DNA of 64,000 bases from Patescibacteria group bacterium. GTDB lineage: Bacteria; Patescibacteriota; Patescibacteriia; UBA10025; JAHIVO01. The translations under genes and the position numbers were made by a program. Under the pieces are notes generated by a model. That model was not told the origin of the DNA and ran no database searches. It worked only from the letters and a program-made list of their open reading frames with translations. Shown here piece after piece: positions 62,552-64,000 of this stretch (position 1 is its first letter; each line of letters starts with the position of its first letter). The stretch is taken from the NCBI GenBank assembly GCA_041660605.1, contig JBAZWB010000002.1:239940-303939 (forward strand), in the 5' to 3' direction.

Positions 62552-63406
62552 ATGGTTTCGTCGATTGCGAAAATCCAAGAAGTACCATTTGACTCCTTTA
62601 AACCCAAGCTAGAAATAATAGAAAAAAAGGTAAAAGGAGTAAAATTTAAACAGATCAATTCAAAGTCTCTTAGACAGGAGATCAGGCAAACGGTACAAGA
62701 TTATTTTAGAAATCTGCGTCTTGAACTGATACAGTACAATTTTTCATTAGACGCATTAGATAGCAATATGCAGGAGCTGTTAAAATTAACAAATGGTAGA
62801 TCCTTGAAAAAAATATATACTACTAAAATAAAAAGTTCTAAAAAGATAATGGAAAACCTGGAAATCGAGCGAGAATACAATTTTAGTAACCCACAGAATA
62901 GAACAAAGTCCCTGCCACTTGATGTTGAATTAAAAATTATTCAGACTTTAAATAATCTTATACCAGCAATTGGGAACTCCTATAAACAGATAATTTCTGA
63001 TTTAAATGACGATAATAGAATCTCTTTTCGTGGAACCACAGCTGAACTCCGTGAAGTTTTAAGAGAGGTTTTAGACAATCTTGCTCCAGACCAAGAAGTC
63101 AAACAACAGAAAGATTTTAAACTCGAGCCGAACACTCATAAACCAACAATGAAACAAAAAGTACGTTTTATTTTAAAGGCTAGAGGACAAAACAAAACTG
63201 AGATGAATACAACTGAAAACACTACCGCCTTAGTTGATGGATCTCAAGAAATGATAGCCACGATTGCAAGATCAACTTATGAAAAAGGATCTGTTGGCAC
63301 TCATACGGATAAAGGATCCCCAAAAGCTAGCTGTAAGCAATATAAAATGTATGTTGATAGTGTTTTATGTGAATTATTGGAAATACATAATTTGCCGATG
63401 AAGTAA
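62552..63406 (+). CDS. Hypothetical protein resembling the 'predicted pPIWI-associating nuclease' (HEPN-like) family
   Basis: RISFRGTTAELREVLREVLDNLAPD...KPTMKQKVRFIL...SVGTH; recognised from memory, not searched. Confidence 0.55.
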   Translation: MVSSIAKIQEVPFDSFKPKLEIIEKKVKGVKFKQINSKSLRQEIRQTVQDYFRNLRLELIQYNFSLDALDSNMQELLKLTNGRSLKKIYTTKIKSSKKIMENLEIEREYNFSNPQNRTKSLPLDVELKIIQTLNNLIPAIGNSYKQIISDLNDDNRISFRGTTAELREVLREVLDNLAPDQEVKQQKDFKLEPNTHKPTMKQKVRFILKARGQNKTEMNTTENTTALVDGSQEMIATIARSTYEKGSVGTHTDKGSPKASCKQYKMYVDSVLCELLEIHNLPMK

Positions 63407-63654
63407 TAATCTGATAAACTTATTCTGATTACCGAAATAGAGCGATAAGCGGCGCGCGCCGTACTCGGCGCCACGAAAAATCTCCTTGTTTTTTTAAAAG
63501 CCCATTTAATTAATTTTTTTGCGGAGAGGGCAGGCGGGCGGAATTCCCCCCAAACCCCCCTTCCGCCCGCCTGAATTTACAAAAAGAAAGTCCGAACTTT
63601 TTGGTAAAAGCAGCTCCATCAAAAATAAACGAGAGAACAGTTATACAATAATTT

Positions 63655-64000
63655 ATGGCGAAACTCGTTCTTGTGCTCCACAACATCCGAAGTCGTTTCA
63701 ATGTAGGGGCGATTTTTCGCACGGCTGACGCAGCTGGCATAGATAAACTCTATTTAACCGGTATTACGCCAGCGCCACCGCATCCAAAAATAGAAAAAGT
63801 ATCTTTGGGCGCCGAACAATTTATCCCCTATGAAAAGCACCGTCAAACCAGCAGACTGCTGAAAAAACTTAAACTAGGGGGTTACCAAATAATTGCACTT
63901 GAACAATCGCGCCGTAGTATCTCATATTTTCAATATCGGCCACACTTTCCCCTAGCATTGATTATTGGCAATGAAGTAACTGGATTACCCGACTCTATTC
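63655..64000 (+). CDS. SpoU/TrmH-family RNA methyltransferase, 5' part
   Basis: Translated by hand: MAKLVLVLHNIRSRFNVGAIFRTADAAG...LALIIGNEVTGL; runs off the window. Confidence 0.9.
   Translation, partial: MAKLVLVLHNIRSRFNVGAIFRTADAAGIDKLYLTGITPAPPHPKIEKVSLGAEQFIPYEKHRQTSRLLKKLKLGGYQIIALEQSRRSISYFQYRPHFPLALIIGNEVTGLPDSI

Larger units (their letters stand above)
56795..63618. mobile_element. Genomic island integrated at the tRNA-Gly(GCC) 3' end
   Basis: GCTCCA core at 56795-56800 and 63613-63618; serine recombinase; AT-rich cargo. Confidence 0.85.

Overview
Bacterial chromosome segment that looks like Patescibacteria/CPR (Parcubacteria-like). This is inferred from the unlinked, divergent 16S rRNA gene, the shortened SMC and S1, tandem TrmB regulators and GC-rich intergenic palindromes. 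Genetic code 11 applies (purL and trmD end in TGA). Housekeeping genes: clpP, rny, ymdB, HU, ftsH, rpsA, gyrA, rpmF-nusB-rnc, smc and rpsP-khpA-trmD. There is a nucleotide biosynthesis block (pyrB-I-D-K-C-E-F, an ornithine carbamoyltransferase-family gene, purL-purQ, and a separate purM), one 16S rRNA gene and seven tRNA genes, including a rare tRNA-Ile(UAU). Two structures stand out. (1) Six of the seven tRNA genes have adjacent 'shadow' copies cut into pieces by short hairpin insertions, mostly TCCC/CCCC...GGGA/GGGG. In three cases the intact tRNA, bounded by its own flanking inverted repeats, sits inside the interrupted copy. (2) A ~6.8 kb island at tRNA-Gly(GCC) carries a large serine recombinase whose attP lies inside its own 3' end, plus an extra intact inverted attP in the middle. 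This creates two inverted-repeat-flanked modules: the recombinase, and an AT-rich candidate defence operon (GHKL/MORC-like ATPase plus a predicted nuclease). Also noted: a stand-alone ArgRS-catalytic-core-like protein, a truncated CDPS-like gene, an OMP-like beta-barrel protein and unannotated zinc-finger microproteins. All calls were made by eye, with no database searches.
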